Both the position numbers and the translations under genes were made by a program. From positions 124,186,001-124,250,000 of the forward strand of contig OZ024744.1 of NCBI GenBank assembly GCA_964016885.1: a stretch of DNA of 64,000 bases. The letters run 5' to 3'. The stretch comes from Eledone cirrhosa (taxonomy: Eukaryota). The notes under the pieces were generated by a model. It was not told where the DNA came from. It saw only the letters and a program-made list of their open reading frames with translations, and searched no databases. Below, one piece after another: positions 12,440 to 26,400 of the stretch (position 1 is the stretch's first letter; every line of letters starts with the position of its first letter).

Positions 12440-14790
12440 CCAACCCATGACAGGTAAGACAATATTCTGTAATAACTCGTCCAACCCATGTATGTAAGAC
12501 AATAGTCTGTAATAACTTGTCCAACCCAATTCAGGTAGGACAATAGTCTAATAACTTGTCCAACTCATGACAGGTAGGACAATAGTCTGTAATAACTTGT
12601 CCAACCCATGTATTTAGGACAATAGTCTGTAATAACTTGTCCAAGCCATGACAGGTAGGACAATAGTCTGTAATAACTTGTGCAACCCATGACAGGTAGG
12701 ACAATAGTCTGTAATACCATGTCCAACCAATGACAGGTAGGACAATAGTCTGTAATAACTTGTCCAACCCATGTATGTAGGACAATACTCTGTAATAACT
12801 TGCCCAACCCATGTATGTAGGAAAATAGTCTGTAATAACTTGTCCAACCCATGACAGGTAGGACAATAGTCTGTAATAACCTGTCCATCCCATGACAGGT
12901 AGGACAATAGTCTGTAATAACTTGTCCAACCCATGACAGCTAGGACAATAGTCTGTAATAACTTGTCCAACCCATGACAGTTAGGACAATAGTCTGTAAT
13001 AACTTGTCCAACCCATGACATGTAGGACAATAGTCTGTAATAACTTGTCCAACCCATGACAGGTAGGACAATAGTCTGTAATAACTTGTCCAACCCATGA
13101 CATGTAGGACACTAGTCTGTAATAACTTGTCTAACCCATGTATGTAGGACAATAGTCTGTAATAACTTGTCCAACCCATGCATGTAGGACAATAGTCTGT
13201 AATAACTTGTCCAACCCATGTATGTAGGACAATAGTCCGTAATAACTTGTCCAACCCATGACAGGTAGGACAATAGTCTGTAATAACTTGTCCAACCCAT
13301 GACAGCTAGGACAATAGTCTGTAATAACTTGTCCAACCCATGACAGGTAGGACAATAGTCTGTAATAACTTGTACAACCCATGACATGTAGGACAATAGT
13401 CAGTAATAACTTGTCCAACCCATGACAGGTAGGACAATAGTCTGTAATAACTTGTCCAACCCATGTATGTAGGACAATAGTCTGTAATAAATTGTCCAAC
13501 CCATGACAGGTAGGACAATAGTCTGTAATAACTTGTCCAACCCATGACAGGTAGGACAATAATCTGTAATAACTTGTCTAACCCATGACAGGTAGGACAA
13601 TAGTCTGTAATAACTTGGCCAACCCATGACAGGTAGGACAATAATCTGTAATAACTTGTCTAACCCATGACAGGTAGGACAATAGTCTGTAATAACTTGT
13701 CCAACCCATGACAGGTAAGACAATATTCTGTAATAACTCGTCCAACCCATGTATGTAAGACAATAGTCTGTAATAACTTGTCCAACCCAATTCAGGTAGG
13801 ACAATAGTCTAATAACTTGTCCAACTCATGACAGGTAGGACAATAGTCTGTAATAACTTGTCCAACCCATGTATTTAGGACAATAGTCTGTAATAACTTG
13901 TCCAAGCCATGACAGGTAGGACAATAGTCTGTAATAACTTGTGCAACCCATGACAGGTAGGACAATAGTCTGTAATACCATGTCCAACCAATGACAGGTA
14001 GGACAATAGTCTGTAATAACTTGTCCAACCCATGTATGTAGGACAATACTCTGTAATAACTTGCCCAACCCATGTATGTAGGACAATAGTCTGTAATAAC
14101 TTGTCCAACCCATGACAGGTAGGACAATAGTCTGTAATAACCTGTCCATCCCATGACAGGTAGGACAATAGTCTGTAATAACTTGTCCAACCCATGACAG
14201 CTAGGACAATAGTCTGTAATAACTTGTCCAACCCATGACAGTTAGGACAATAGTCTGTAATAACTTGTCCAACCCATGACATGTAGGACAATAGTCTGTA
14301 ATAACTTGTCCAACCCATGACAGGTAGGACAATAGTCTGTAATAACTTGTCCAACCCATGACATGTAGGACACTAGTCTGTAATAACTTGTCTAACCCAT
14401 GTATGTAGGACAATAGTCTGTAATAACTTGTCCAACCCATGCATGTAGGACAATAGTCTGTAATAACTTGTCCAACCCATGTATGTAGGACAATAGTCCG
14501 TAATAACTTGTCCAACCCATGACAGGTAGGACAATAGTCTGTAATAACTTGTCCAACCCATGACAGCTAGGACAATAGTCTGTAATAACTTGTCCAACCC
14601 ATGACAGGTAGGACAATAGTCTGTAATAACTTGTACAACCCATGACATGTAGGACAATAGTCAGTAATAACTTGTCCAACCCATGACAGGTAGGACAATA
14701 GTCTGTAATAACTTGTCCAACCCATGTATGTAGGACAATAGTCTGTAATAAATTGTCCAACCCATGACAGGTAGGACAATAGTCTGTAAT
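12440..14790. repeat. Higher-order duplication with a 1261-bp period
   Basis: CAATTCAGG marker at 12527/13788. Shared AACCTGTCCATCC and GGACACTAG variants. ORF pairs 12531/13792, 12940/14201 and 13112/14373 are offset by 1261. Confidence 0.88.
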
Positions 14791-16204
14791 AACTTGGCCA
14801 ACCCATGACAGGTAGGACAATAGTCTGTAATAACTTGTCCAACCCATGACAGGTAGGACAATAGTCTGTAATAACTTGTCCAACCCATGTATGTAGGACA
14901 ATAGTCTGTAATAACTTCTCCAACCCATGACAGGTAAGACAATACTCTGTAATAACTTGTCGAACCCATGCCGGGTAGGACAATAGTCTGTAATAACTCG
15001 TCCAACCCATGTATGTAGGACAAATGTCTGTAATAACTTGTCCAACCCATGACAGGTAAGACAATATTCTGTAATAACTTGTTCAACCCATGACAGGTAG
15101 GACAATAGTCTGTAATAACTCGTCCAACCCATGTATGTAGGACAATAGTCTGTAATAACTTGTCCAACCCATGACAGGTAAGACAATATTCTGTAATAAC
15201 TTGTCCAACCCATGTATGTAAGACAATAGTCTGTAATAACTTGTCCAACCCAATTCAGGTAGGACAATAGTCTAATAACTTGTCCAACTAATGACAGGTA
15301 GGACAATAGTCTGTAATAACTTGTCCAAACCATGTATTTAGGACAATAGTCTGTAATAACTTGTCCAAGCCATGACAGGTAGGACAATAGTCTGTAATAA
15401 CTTGTCCAACCCATGACAGGTAGGACAATAGTCTGTAATACCTTGTCCAACCAATGACAGGTAGGACAATAGTCTGTAACAACTTGTCCAACCCATGTAT
15501 GTAGGACAATACTCTGTAATAACTTGCCCAACCCATGTATGTAGGACAATAGTCTGTAATAACTTGTCCAACCCATGACAGGTAGGACAATAGTCTGTAA
15601 TAACTTGTCCATCCCATGACAGGTAGGACAATAGTCTGTAATAACTTGTCCAACCCATGACAGCTAGGACAATAGTCTGTAATAACTTGTCCAACCCATG
15701 ACAGGTAGGACAATAGTCTGTAATAACTTGTCCAACTCATGACAGGTAGGACAATAGTCTGTAATAACTTGTCCAACCCATGTATTTAGGACAATAGTCT
15801 GTAATAACTTGTCCAAGCCATGACAGGTAGGACAATAGTCTGTAATAACTTGTGCAACCCATGACAGGTAGGACAATAGTCTGTAATACCATGTCCAACC
15901 AATGACAGGTAGGACAATAGTCTGTAATAACTTGTCCAACCCATGTATGTAGGACAATACTCTGTAATAACTTGTCCAACCCATGACAGGTAGGACAATA
16001 GTCTGTAATAACTTGTCCAACCCATGTATGTAGGACAATAGTGTGTAATAACTTGTCCAACCCATGACAGGTAGGACAATAGTCTGTAATAACTTGTCCA
16101 ACCCATGACAGGTAGGACGATAGTCTGTAATAACTTGTCCAACCCATGTATGTAGGTCAATAGCCTGTAATAACTTGTCCAATCCATGACAGGTAGGACA
16201 ATAG

Positions 16205-19200
16205 TCTGTAATAACTTGTCCAACCCATGACAGGTAGGACAATAGTCTGTAATAACTTGTCCAACCCATGACATGTAGGACACTAGTCTGTAATAACTTG
16301 TCTAACCCATGTATGTAGGACAATAGTCTGTAATAACTTGTCCAACCCATGCATGTAGGACAATAGTCTGTAATAACTTGTCCAACCCATGTATGTAGGA
16401 CAATAGTCCGTAATAACTTGTCCAACCCATGACAGGTAGGACAATAGTCTGGAATAACTTGTCCCTCCCATGACAGGTAGGACAATAGTCTGTAATAACT
16501 TGTCCAACCCATGACAGCTAGGACAATAGTCTGTAATAACTTGTCCAACCCATGACAGGTAGGACAATAGTCTGTAATAACTTGTACAACCCATGACATG
16601 TAGGACAATAGTCAGTAATAACTTGTCCAACCCATGACAGGTAGGACAATAGTCTGTAATAACTTGTCCAACCCATGTATGTAGGACAATAGTCTGTAAT
16701 AAATTGTCCAACCCATGACAGGTAGGACAATAGTCTGTAATAACTTGTCCAACCCATGACAGGTAGGACAATAATCTGTAATAACTTGTCTAACCCATGA
16801 CAGGTAGGACAATAGTCTGTAATAACTTGGCCAACCCATGACAGGTAGGACAATAGTCTGTAATAACTTGTCCAACCCATGACAGGTAGGACAATAGTCT
16901 GTAATAACTTGTCCAACCCATGTATGTAGGACAATAGTCTGTAATAACTTCTCCAACCCATGACAGGTAAGACAATACTCTGTAATAACTTGTCGAACCC
17001 ATGACGGGTAGGACAATAGTCTGTAATAACTCGTCCAACCCATGTATGTAGGACAAATGTCTGTAATAACTTGTCCAACCCATGACAGGTAAGACAATAT
17101 TCTGTAATAACTTGTTCAACCCATGACAGGTAGGACAATAGTCTGTAATAACTCGTCCAACCCATGTATGTAGGACAATAGTCTGTAATAACTTGTCCAA
17201 CCCATGACAGGTAAGACAATATTCTGTAATAACTTGTCCAACCCATGTATGTAAGACAATAGTCTGTAATAACTTGTCCAACCCAATTCAGGTAGGACAA
17301 TAGTCTAATAACTTGTCCAACTAATGACAGGTAGGACAATAGTCTGTAATAACTTGTCCAAACCATGTATTTAGGACAATAGTCTGTAATAACTTGTCCA
17401 AGCCATGACAGGTAGAACAATAGTCTGTAATAACTTGTCCAACCCATGACAGGTAGGACAATAGTCTGTAATACCTTGTCCAACCAATGACAGGTAGGAC
17501 AATAGTCTGTAACAACTTGTCCAACCCATGTATGTAGGACAATACTCTGTAATAACTTGCCCAACCCATGTATGTAGGACAATAGTCTGTAATAACTTGT
17601 CCAACCCATGACAGGTAGGACAATAGTCTGTAATAACTTGTCCATCCCATGACAGGTAGGACAATAGTCTGTAATAACTTGTCCAACCCATGACAGCTAG
17701 GACAATAGTCTGTAATAACTTGTCCAACCCATGACAGGTAGGACAATAGTCTGTAATAACTTGTCCAACCCATGACATGTAGGACAATAGTCTGTAATAA
17801 CTTGTCCAACCCATGACAGGTAGGACAATAGTCTGTAATAACTTATCGAACCCATGTATGTAGGACAATAGTCTGTAATAAATTGTCCAACCCATGACAG
17901 GTAGGACAATAGTCTGTAATAACTTGTCCAACCCATGACAGGTAGGACAATAATCTGTAATAACTTGTCTAACCCATGTATGTAGGACAATAGTCTGTAA
18001 TAACTTCTCCAACCCATGCATGTAGGACAATAGTCTGTAATAACTTGTCCAACCCATGTATGTAGGACAATAGTCTGTAATAACTTGTCCAACCCATGAC
18101 AGGTAGGACAATAGTCTGTAATAACTTGTCCATCCCATGACAGGTAGGACAATAGTCTGTAATAACTTGTCCAACCCATGACAGCTAGGACAATAGTCTG
18201 TAATAACTTGTCCAACCCATGACAGGTAGGACAATAGTCTGTAATAACTTGTCCAACCCATGACATGTAGGACAATAGTCAGTAATAACTTGTCCAACCC
18301 ATGACAGGTAGGACAATAGTCTGTAATAACTTGTCGAACCCATGTATGTAGGACAATAGTCTGTAATAAATTGTCCAACCCATGACAGGTAGGACAATAG
18401 TCTGTAATAACTTGTACAACCCATGACAGGTAGGACAATAATCTGTAATAACTTGTCTAACCCATGACAGGTTGGACAATAGTCTGTAATAACTTGTCCA
18501 ACCCATGACAGGTAGGACAATAGTCTGTAATACCTTGTCCAACCAATGACAGGTAGGAGAATAGTCTGTAATAACTTGTCCAACCCATAACAGGTAGGAC
18601 AATAGTCTGTAATACCATGTCCAACCAATGACAGGTAGGACAATAGTCTGTAATAACTTGTCCAACCCATGTATGTAGGACAATAGTCTGTAATAACTTG
18701 TCCAACCCATGTATGTAGGACAATAGTCTGTAATAACTTGCCCAACCCATGACAGGTAGGACAATAGTCTGTAATAACTTGTCCAACCCATGACAGGTAG
18801 GACAATAGTCGGTAATAACTTGTCCAACCCATGACAAGTAGGACAATAGTCTGTAATAACTTGTCCAACCCATGACAGGTAGGACAATAGTCTGTAATAA
18901 CTTGTCCAACCCATGACAGGTAGGACAATAGTCTGTAATAACTTGTCCAACCCATGACAGCTAGGACAATAGTCTGTAATAACTTGTCCAACCCATGTAT
19001 GTAGGACAATAGTCTGTAATAACTTGTCCAACCCATGTATGTAGGACAATAGTCTGTAATAACTTGTCCAACCCATGTATGTAGGACAATAGTCTGTAAT
19101 AACTTGTCCAACCCATGTATTTACCACAATAGTCTGTAATAACTTGTCCAACCCATGACAGCTAGGACAATAGTCTGTAATAACTTGTCCAACCCATGTA

Positions 19201-22200
19201 TGTAGGACAATAGTCTGTAATACCTCGTCCAACCCATGACAGGTAGGACAATAGTCTGTAATAACTTGTCCAACCCATGACAGGTAGGACAATAGTCTAT
19301 AATAACTTGGCCAACCCATGACAGGTAGGACAATAGTCTGTAATAACTTGTCCAACCCATGACAGGTAGGACAATAGTCTGTAATAACTCGTCCAACCCA
19401 TGTATGTAGGACAATAGTCTTTAATAACTTGTCCAACCCATGCCAGGTAAGACAATATTCTGTAATAACTTGTCCAACCCAATTCAGCTAGGACAATAGT
19501 CTAATAACTTGTCCAACTCATGACAGGTAGGACAATAGTCTGTAATAACTTGTCCAACCCATGTATTTAGGACAATAGTCTGTAATAACTTGTCCAAGCC
19601 ATGACAGGTAGGACAATAGTCTGTAATAACTTGTGCAACCCATGACAGGTAGGACAATAGTCTGTAATACCATGTCCAACCAATGACAGGTAGGACAATA
19701 GTCTGTAATAACTTGTCCAACCCATGTATGTAGGACAATACTCTGTAATAACTTGCCCAACCCATGTATGTAGGACAATAGTCTGTAATAACTTGTCCAA
19801 CCCATGACAGGTAGGACAATAGTCTGTAATAACTTGTCCATCCCATGACAGGTAGGACAATAGTCTGTAATAACTTGTCCAACCCATGACAGCTAGGACA
19901 ATAGTCTGTAATAACTTGTCCAACCCATGACAGTTAGGACAATAGTCTGTAATAACTTGTCCAACCCATGACATGTAGGACAATAGTCTGTAATAACTTG
20001 TCCAACCCATGAGAGGTAGGACAATAGTCTGTAATAACTTGTCGAACCCATGTATGTAGGACAATAGTCTGTAATAAATTGTCCAACCCATGAGAGGTAG
20101 GACAATAGTCTGTAATAACTTGTCCAACCCATGACAGGTAGGACAATAATCTGTAATAACTTGTCTAACCCATGTATGTAGGACAATAGTCTGTAATAAC
20201 TTGTACAACCCATGCATGTAGGACAATAGTCTGTAATAACTTGTCCAACCCATGTATGTAGGACAATAGTCCGTAATAACTTGTCCAACCCATGACAGGT
20301 AGGACAATAGTCTGTAATAACTTGTCCCTCCCATGACAGGTAGGACAATAGTCTGTAATAACTTGTCCAACCCATGACAGCTAGGACAATAGTCTGTAAT
20401 AACTTGTCCAACCCATGACAGGTAGGACAATAGTCTGTAATAACTTGTACAACCCATGACATGTAGGACAATAGTCAGTAATAACTTGTCCAACCCATGA
20501 CAGGTAGGACAATAGTCTGTAATAACTTGTCCAACCCATGTATGTAGGACAATAGTCTGTAATAAATTGTCCAACCCATGACAGGTAGGACAATAGTCTG
20601 TAATAACTTGTCCAACCCATGACAGCTAGGACAATAATCTGTAATAACTTGTCTAACCCATGACAGGTAGGACAATAGTCTGTAATAACTTGTCCAACCC
20701 ATGTATGTAGGACAATAGTCTGTAATAACTTGTTCAACCCATGAAAGGTAGGTCAATAGTCTGTAATAACTTGTCCAACCCATGTATGTAGGACAATAGT
20801 CTGTAATAACTTGTCCAACCCATGACATGTAGGACAATAATCTGTAATAACTTGTCCAACCCATGACAGGTAGGACAATAGTCTGTAATACCTTGTCCAA
20901 CCAATGAGAGGTAGGAGAATAGTCTGTAATAACTTGTCCAACCCATAACAGGTAGGACAATAGTCTGTAATACCTTGTCCAACCAATGACAGGTAGGACA
21001 ATAGTCTGTAATAACTTGTCCAACCCATGACAGGTAGGACAATAGTCTGTAATAACTTGTCCAACCCATGTATGTAGGACAATAGTCTGTAATAACTTGT
21101 CCAAACCATGACAGGTAGGACAATAGTCTGTAATAACTTGTCCAACCCATGACAGGTAGGACAATAGTCTGTAATAACTTGTCCAACCCATGTATGTAGG
21201 ACAATAGTGTGTAATAACTTGTCCAACCCATGACAGGTAGGACAATAGTCTGTAATAACTTGTCCAACCCATGACAGGTAGGACGATAGTCTGTAATAAC
21301 TTGTCCAACCCATGTATGTAGGTCAATAGCCTGTAATAACTTGTCCAATCCATGACAGGTAGGACAATAGTCTGTAATAACTTGTCCAACCCATGACAAG
21401 TAGGACAATAGTCTGTAATAACTTGTTCATCCCATGTATGTAGGACAATAGTCTGTAATAACTTGTCCAACCCATGACAGGTAGGACAATAGTCTGTAAT
21501 AACTTGTCCAACCCATGTATGTAGGACAATAGTCTGTAATAACTTGTCCAACCCATGACATGTAGGACAATAGTCTGTAATAACTTGTCCAACCCATGTA
21601 TGTAGGACAATAGTCTGTAATAACTTGTCCAACCCATGACAGGTAGGACAATAGTCTGTAATAACTTGTCCAACCCATGTATGTAGGACAATAGTCTGTA
21701 ATAACTTGTCCAACCGATGACAGGTAGGACAATAGTCTGTAATAACTTGTCCAACCCATGACAGGTAGGACAATAGTCTGTAATAACTTGTCCAACCATT
21801 GTATGTACGACAATAGTCTGTAATAACTTGCCTAACCCATGTATGTAGGACAATAGTCTGTAATAACTTGTCCAACCCATGTATGTAGGACAATAGTCTA
21901 TAATAACTTTTTCAACCCATGTATGTAGGACAATAGTCTGTAATAACTTGTCCAACCCATGACAGGTAGGACAATAGTCTGTAATACCTCGTCCAACCCA
22001 TGACAGGTAGGACAATAGTCTGTAATACCTCGTCCAACCCATGACAAGTAGGGCAATAGTCTGTAATAAATTGTCCAACCTATGACAGGTAGGACAATAG
22101 TCTGTAATAACTTGTCCAACCCATGTATGCAGGACAATAGTCTGTAATAACTTATCCAACCCATGACACGTAGGACAATAGTCTGTAATAACTTATCCAA

Positions 22201-23459
22201 CCCATGGGAGGTAGGGCAATAGTCTGTAATAACTTGTCGAACGCATGTATGCAGGACAATAGTCTGTAATAACTTGTCCAACCCATGACAGGTAGGACAA
22301 TAGTCTGTAATAACTTGTCCAACCCATGCATGTAGGACAATAGTCTGTAATAACTTGTCCAACCCATGTATGTAGGACAGTAGTCTGTAATACCTTGTCC
22401 AACCAATGACAGGTAGGAGAATAGTCTGTAATAACTTGTCCAACCCATAACAGGTAGGACAATAGTCTGTAATACCATGTCCAACCAATGACAGGTAGGA
22501 CAATAGTCTGTAATAACTTGTCCAACCCATGTATGTAGGACAATAGTCTGTAATAACTTGTCCAACCCATGTATGTAGGACAATAGTCTGTAATAACTTG
22601 CCCAACCCATGACAGGTAGGACAATAGTCTGTAATAACTTGTCCAACCCATGACAGGTAGGACAATAGTCGGTAATAACTTGTCCAACCCATGATAAGTA
22701 TGACAATAGTCTGTAATAACTTGTCCAACCCATGACAGGTAGGACAATAGTCTGTAATAACTTGTCCAACCCATGACAGGTAGGACAATAGTCTGTAATA
22801 ACTTGTCCAACCCATGACAGCTAGGACAATCGTCTGTAATAACTTGTCCAACCCATGTATGTAGGACAATAGTCTGTAATAACTTGTCCAACCCATGTAT
22901 GTAGGACAATAGTCTGTAATAACTTGTCCAACCCATGTATGTAGGACAATAGTCTGTAATAACTTGTCCAACCCATGTATGTACCACAATAGTGTGTAAT
23001 AACTTGTCCATCCCATGACAGCTAGGACAATAGTCTGTAATAACTTGTCCAACCCATGACAGGTAGGACAATAGTCTGTAATAACTTGTACAACCCATGA
23101 CATGTAGGACAATAGTCAGTAATAACTTGTCCAACCCATGACAGGTAGGACAATAGTCTGTAATAACTTGTCCAACCCATGTATGTAGGACAATAGTCTG
23201 TAATAAATTGTCCAACCCATGACAGGTAGGACAATAGTCTGTAATAACTTGTCCAACCCATGACAGCTAGGACAATAATCTGTAATAACTTGTCTAACCC
23301 ATGACAGGTAGGACAATAGTCTGTAATAACTTGTCCAACCCATGTATGTAGGACAATAGTCTGTAATAACTTGTTCAACCCATGAAAGGTAGGTCAATAG
23401 TCTGTAATAACTTGTCCAACCCATGTATGTAGGACAATAGTCTGTAATAACTTGTCCAA
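16205..23459. repeat. About 7.2-kb block, copy 1 of a long direct duplication (copy 2 at about 27958-35132)
   Basis: ORF pairs 16283/28036, 17371/29124 and 18185/29938 are offset by 11753. Pairs 20475/32148, 21898/33571 and 23022/34695 are offset by 11673. GGTTGGACAA variant at 18470/30223. Confidence 0.9.
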
Positions 23460-26400
23460 GCCATGACAGGTAGGACAATAGTCTGTAATAACTTGTGCAA
23501 CCCATGACAGGTAGGACAATAGTCTGTAATACCATGTCCAACCAATGACAGGTAGGACAATAGTCTGTAATAACTTGTCCAACCCATGTATGTAGGACAA
23601 TACTCTGTAATAACTTGCCCAACCCATGTATGTAGGACAATAGTCTGTAATAACTTGTCCAACCCATGACAGGTAGGACAATAGTCTGTAATAACCTGTC
23701 CATCCCATGACAGGTAGGACAATAGTCTGTAATAACTTGTCCAACCCATGACAGCTAGGACAATAGTCTGTAATAACTTGTCCAACCCATGACAGTTAGG
23801 ACAATAGTCTGTAATAACTTGTCCAACCCATGACATGTAGGACAATAGTCTATAATAACTTGTCCAACCCATGACAGGTAGGACAATAGTCTGTAATAAC
23901 TTGTCCAACCCATGACATGTAGGACACTAGTCTGTAATAACTTGTCTAACCCATGTATGTAGGACAATAGTCTGTAATAACTTGTCCAACCCATGCATGT
24001 AGGACAATAGTCTGTAATAACTTGTCCAACCCATGTATGTAGGACAATAGTCCGTAATAACTTGTCCAACCCATGACAGGTAGGACAATAGTCTGGAATA
24101 ACTTGTCCCTCCCATGACAGGTAGGACAATAGTCTGTAATAACTTGTCCAACCCATGACAGCTAGGACAATAGTCTGTAATAACTTGTCCAACCCATGAC
24201 AGGTAGGACAATAGTCTGTAATAACTTGTACAACCCATGACATGTAGGACAATAGTCAGTAATAACTTGTCCAACCCATGACAGGTAGGACAATAGTCTG
24301 TAATAACTTGTCCAACCCATGTATGTAGGACAATAGTCTGTAATAAATTGTCCAACCCATGACAGGTAGGACAATAGTCTGTAATAACTTGTCCAACCCA
24401 TGACAGGTAGGACAATAATCTGTAATAACTTGTCTAACCCATGACAGGTAGGACAATAGTCTGTAATAACTTGGCCAACCCATGACAGGTAGGACAATAG
24501 TCTGTAATAACTTGTCCAACCCATGACAGGTAGGACAATAGTCTGTAATAACTTGTCCAACCCATGTATGTAGGACAATAGTCTGTAATAACTTCTCCAA
24601 CCCATGACAGGTAAGACAATACTCTGTAATAACTTGTCGAACCCATGACGGGTAGGACAATAGTCTGTAATAACTCGTCCAACCCATGTATGTAGGACAA
24701 ATGTCTGTAATAACTTGTCCAACCCATGACAGGTAAGACAATATTCTGTAATAACTTGTTCAACCCATGACAGGTAGGACAATAGTCTGTAATAACTCGT
24801 CCAACCCATGTATGTAGGACAATAGTCTGTAATAACTTGTCCAACCCATGACAGGTAAGACAATATTCTGTAATAACTTGTCCAACCCATGTATGTAAGA
24901 CAATAGTCTGTAATAACTTGTCCAACCCAATTCAGGTAGGACAATAGTCTAATAACTTGTCCAACTAATGACAGGTAGGACAATAGTCTGTAATAACTTG
25001 TCCAAACCATGTATTTAGGACAATAGTCTGTAATAACTTGTCCAAGCCATGACAGGTAGGACAATAGTCTGTAATAACTTGTCCAACCCATGACAGGTAG
25101 GACAATAGTCTGTAATACCTTGTCCAACCAATGACAGGTAGGACAATAGTCTGTAACAACTTGTCCAACCCATGTATGTAGGACAATACTCTGTAATAAC
25201 TTGCCCAACCCATGTATGTAGGACAATAGTCTGTAATAACTTGTCCAACCCATGACAGGTAGGACAATAGTCTGTAATAACTTGTCCATCCCATGACAGG
25301 TAGGACAATAGTCTGTAATAACTTGTCCAACCCATGACAGCTAGGACAATAGTCTGTAATAACTTGTCCAACCCATGACAGGTAGGACAATAGTCTGTAA
25401 TAACTTGTCCAACTCATGACAGGTAGGACAATAGTCTGTAATAACTTGTCCAACCCATGTATTTAGGACAATAGTCTGTAATAACTTGTCCAAGCCATGA
25501 CAGGTAGGACAATAGTCTGTAATAACTTGTGCAACCCATGACAGGTAGGACAATAGTCTGTAATACCATGTCCAACCAATGACAGGTAGGACAATAGTCT
25601 GTAATAACTTGTCCAACCCATGTATGTAGGACAATACTCTGTAATAACTTGCCCAACCCATGTATGTAGGACAATAGTCTGTAATAACTTGTCCAACCCA
25701 TGACAGGTAGGACAATAGTCTGTAATAACCTGTCCATCCCATGACAGGTAGGACAATAGTCTGTAATAACTTGTCCAACCCATGACAGCTAGGACAATAG
25801 TCTGTAATAACTTGTCCAACCCATGACAGTTAGGACAATAGTCTGTAATAACTTGTCCAACCCATGACATGTAGGACAATAGTCTGTAATAACTTGTCCA
25901 ACCCATGACAGGTAGGACAATAGTCTATAATAACTTGTCCAACCCATGACAGGTAGGACAATAGTCTGTAATAACTTGTCCAACCCATGACATGTAGGAC
26001 ACTAGTCTGTAATAACTTGTCTAACCCATGTATGTAGGACAATAGTCTGTAATAACTTGTCCAACCCATGCATGTAGGACAATAGTCTGTAATAACTTGT
26101 CCAACCCATGTATGTAGGACAATAGTCCGTAATAACTTGTCCAACCCATGACAGGTAGGACAATAGTCTGGAATAACTTGTCCCTCCCATGACAGGTAGG
26201 ACAATAGTCTGTAATAACTTGTCCAACCCATGACAGCTAGGACAATAGTCTGTAATAACTTGTCCAACCCATGACAGGTAGGACAATAGTCTGTAATAAC
26301 TTGTACAACCCATGACATGTAGGACAATAGTCAGTAATAACTTGTCCAACCCATGACAGGTAGGACAATAGTCTGTAATAACTTGTCCAACCCATGTATG

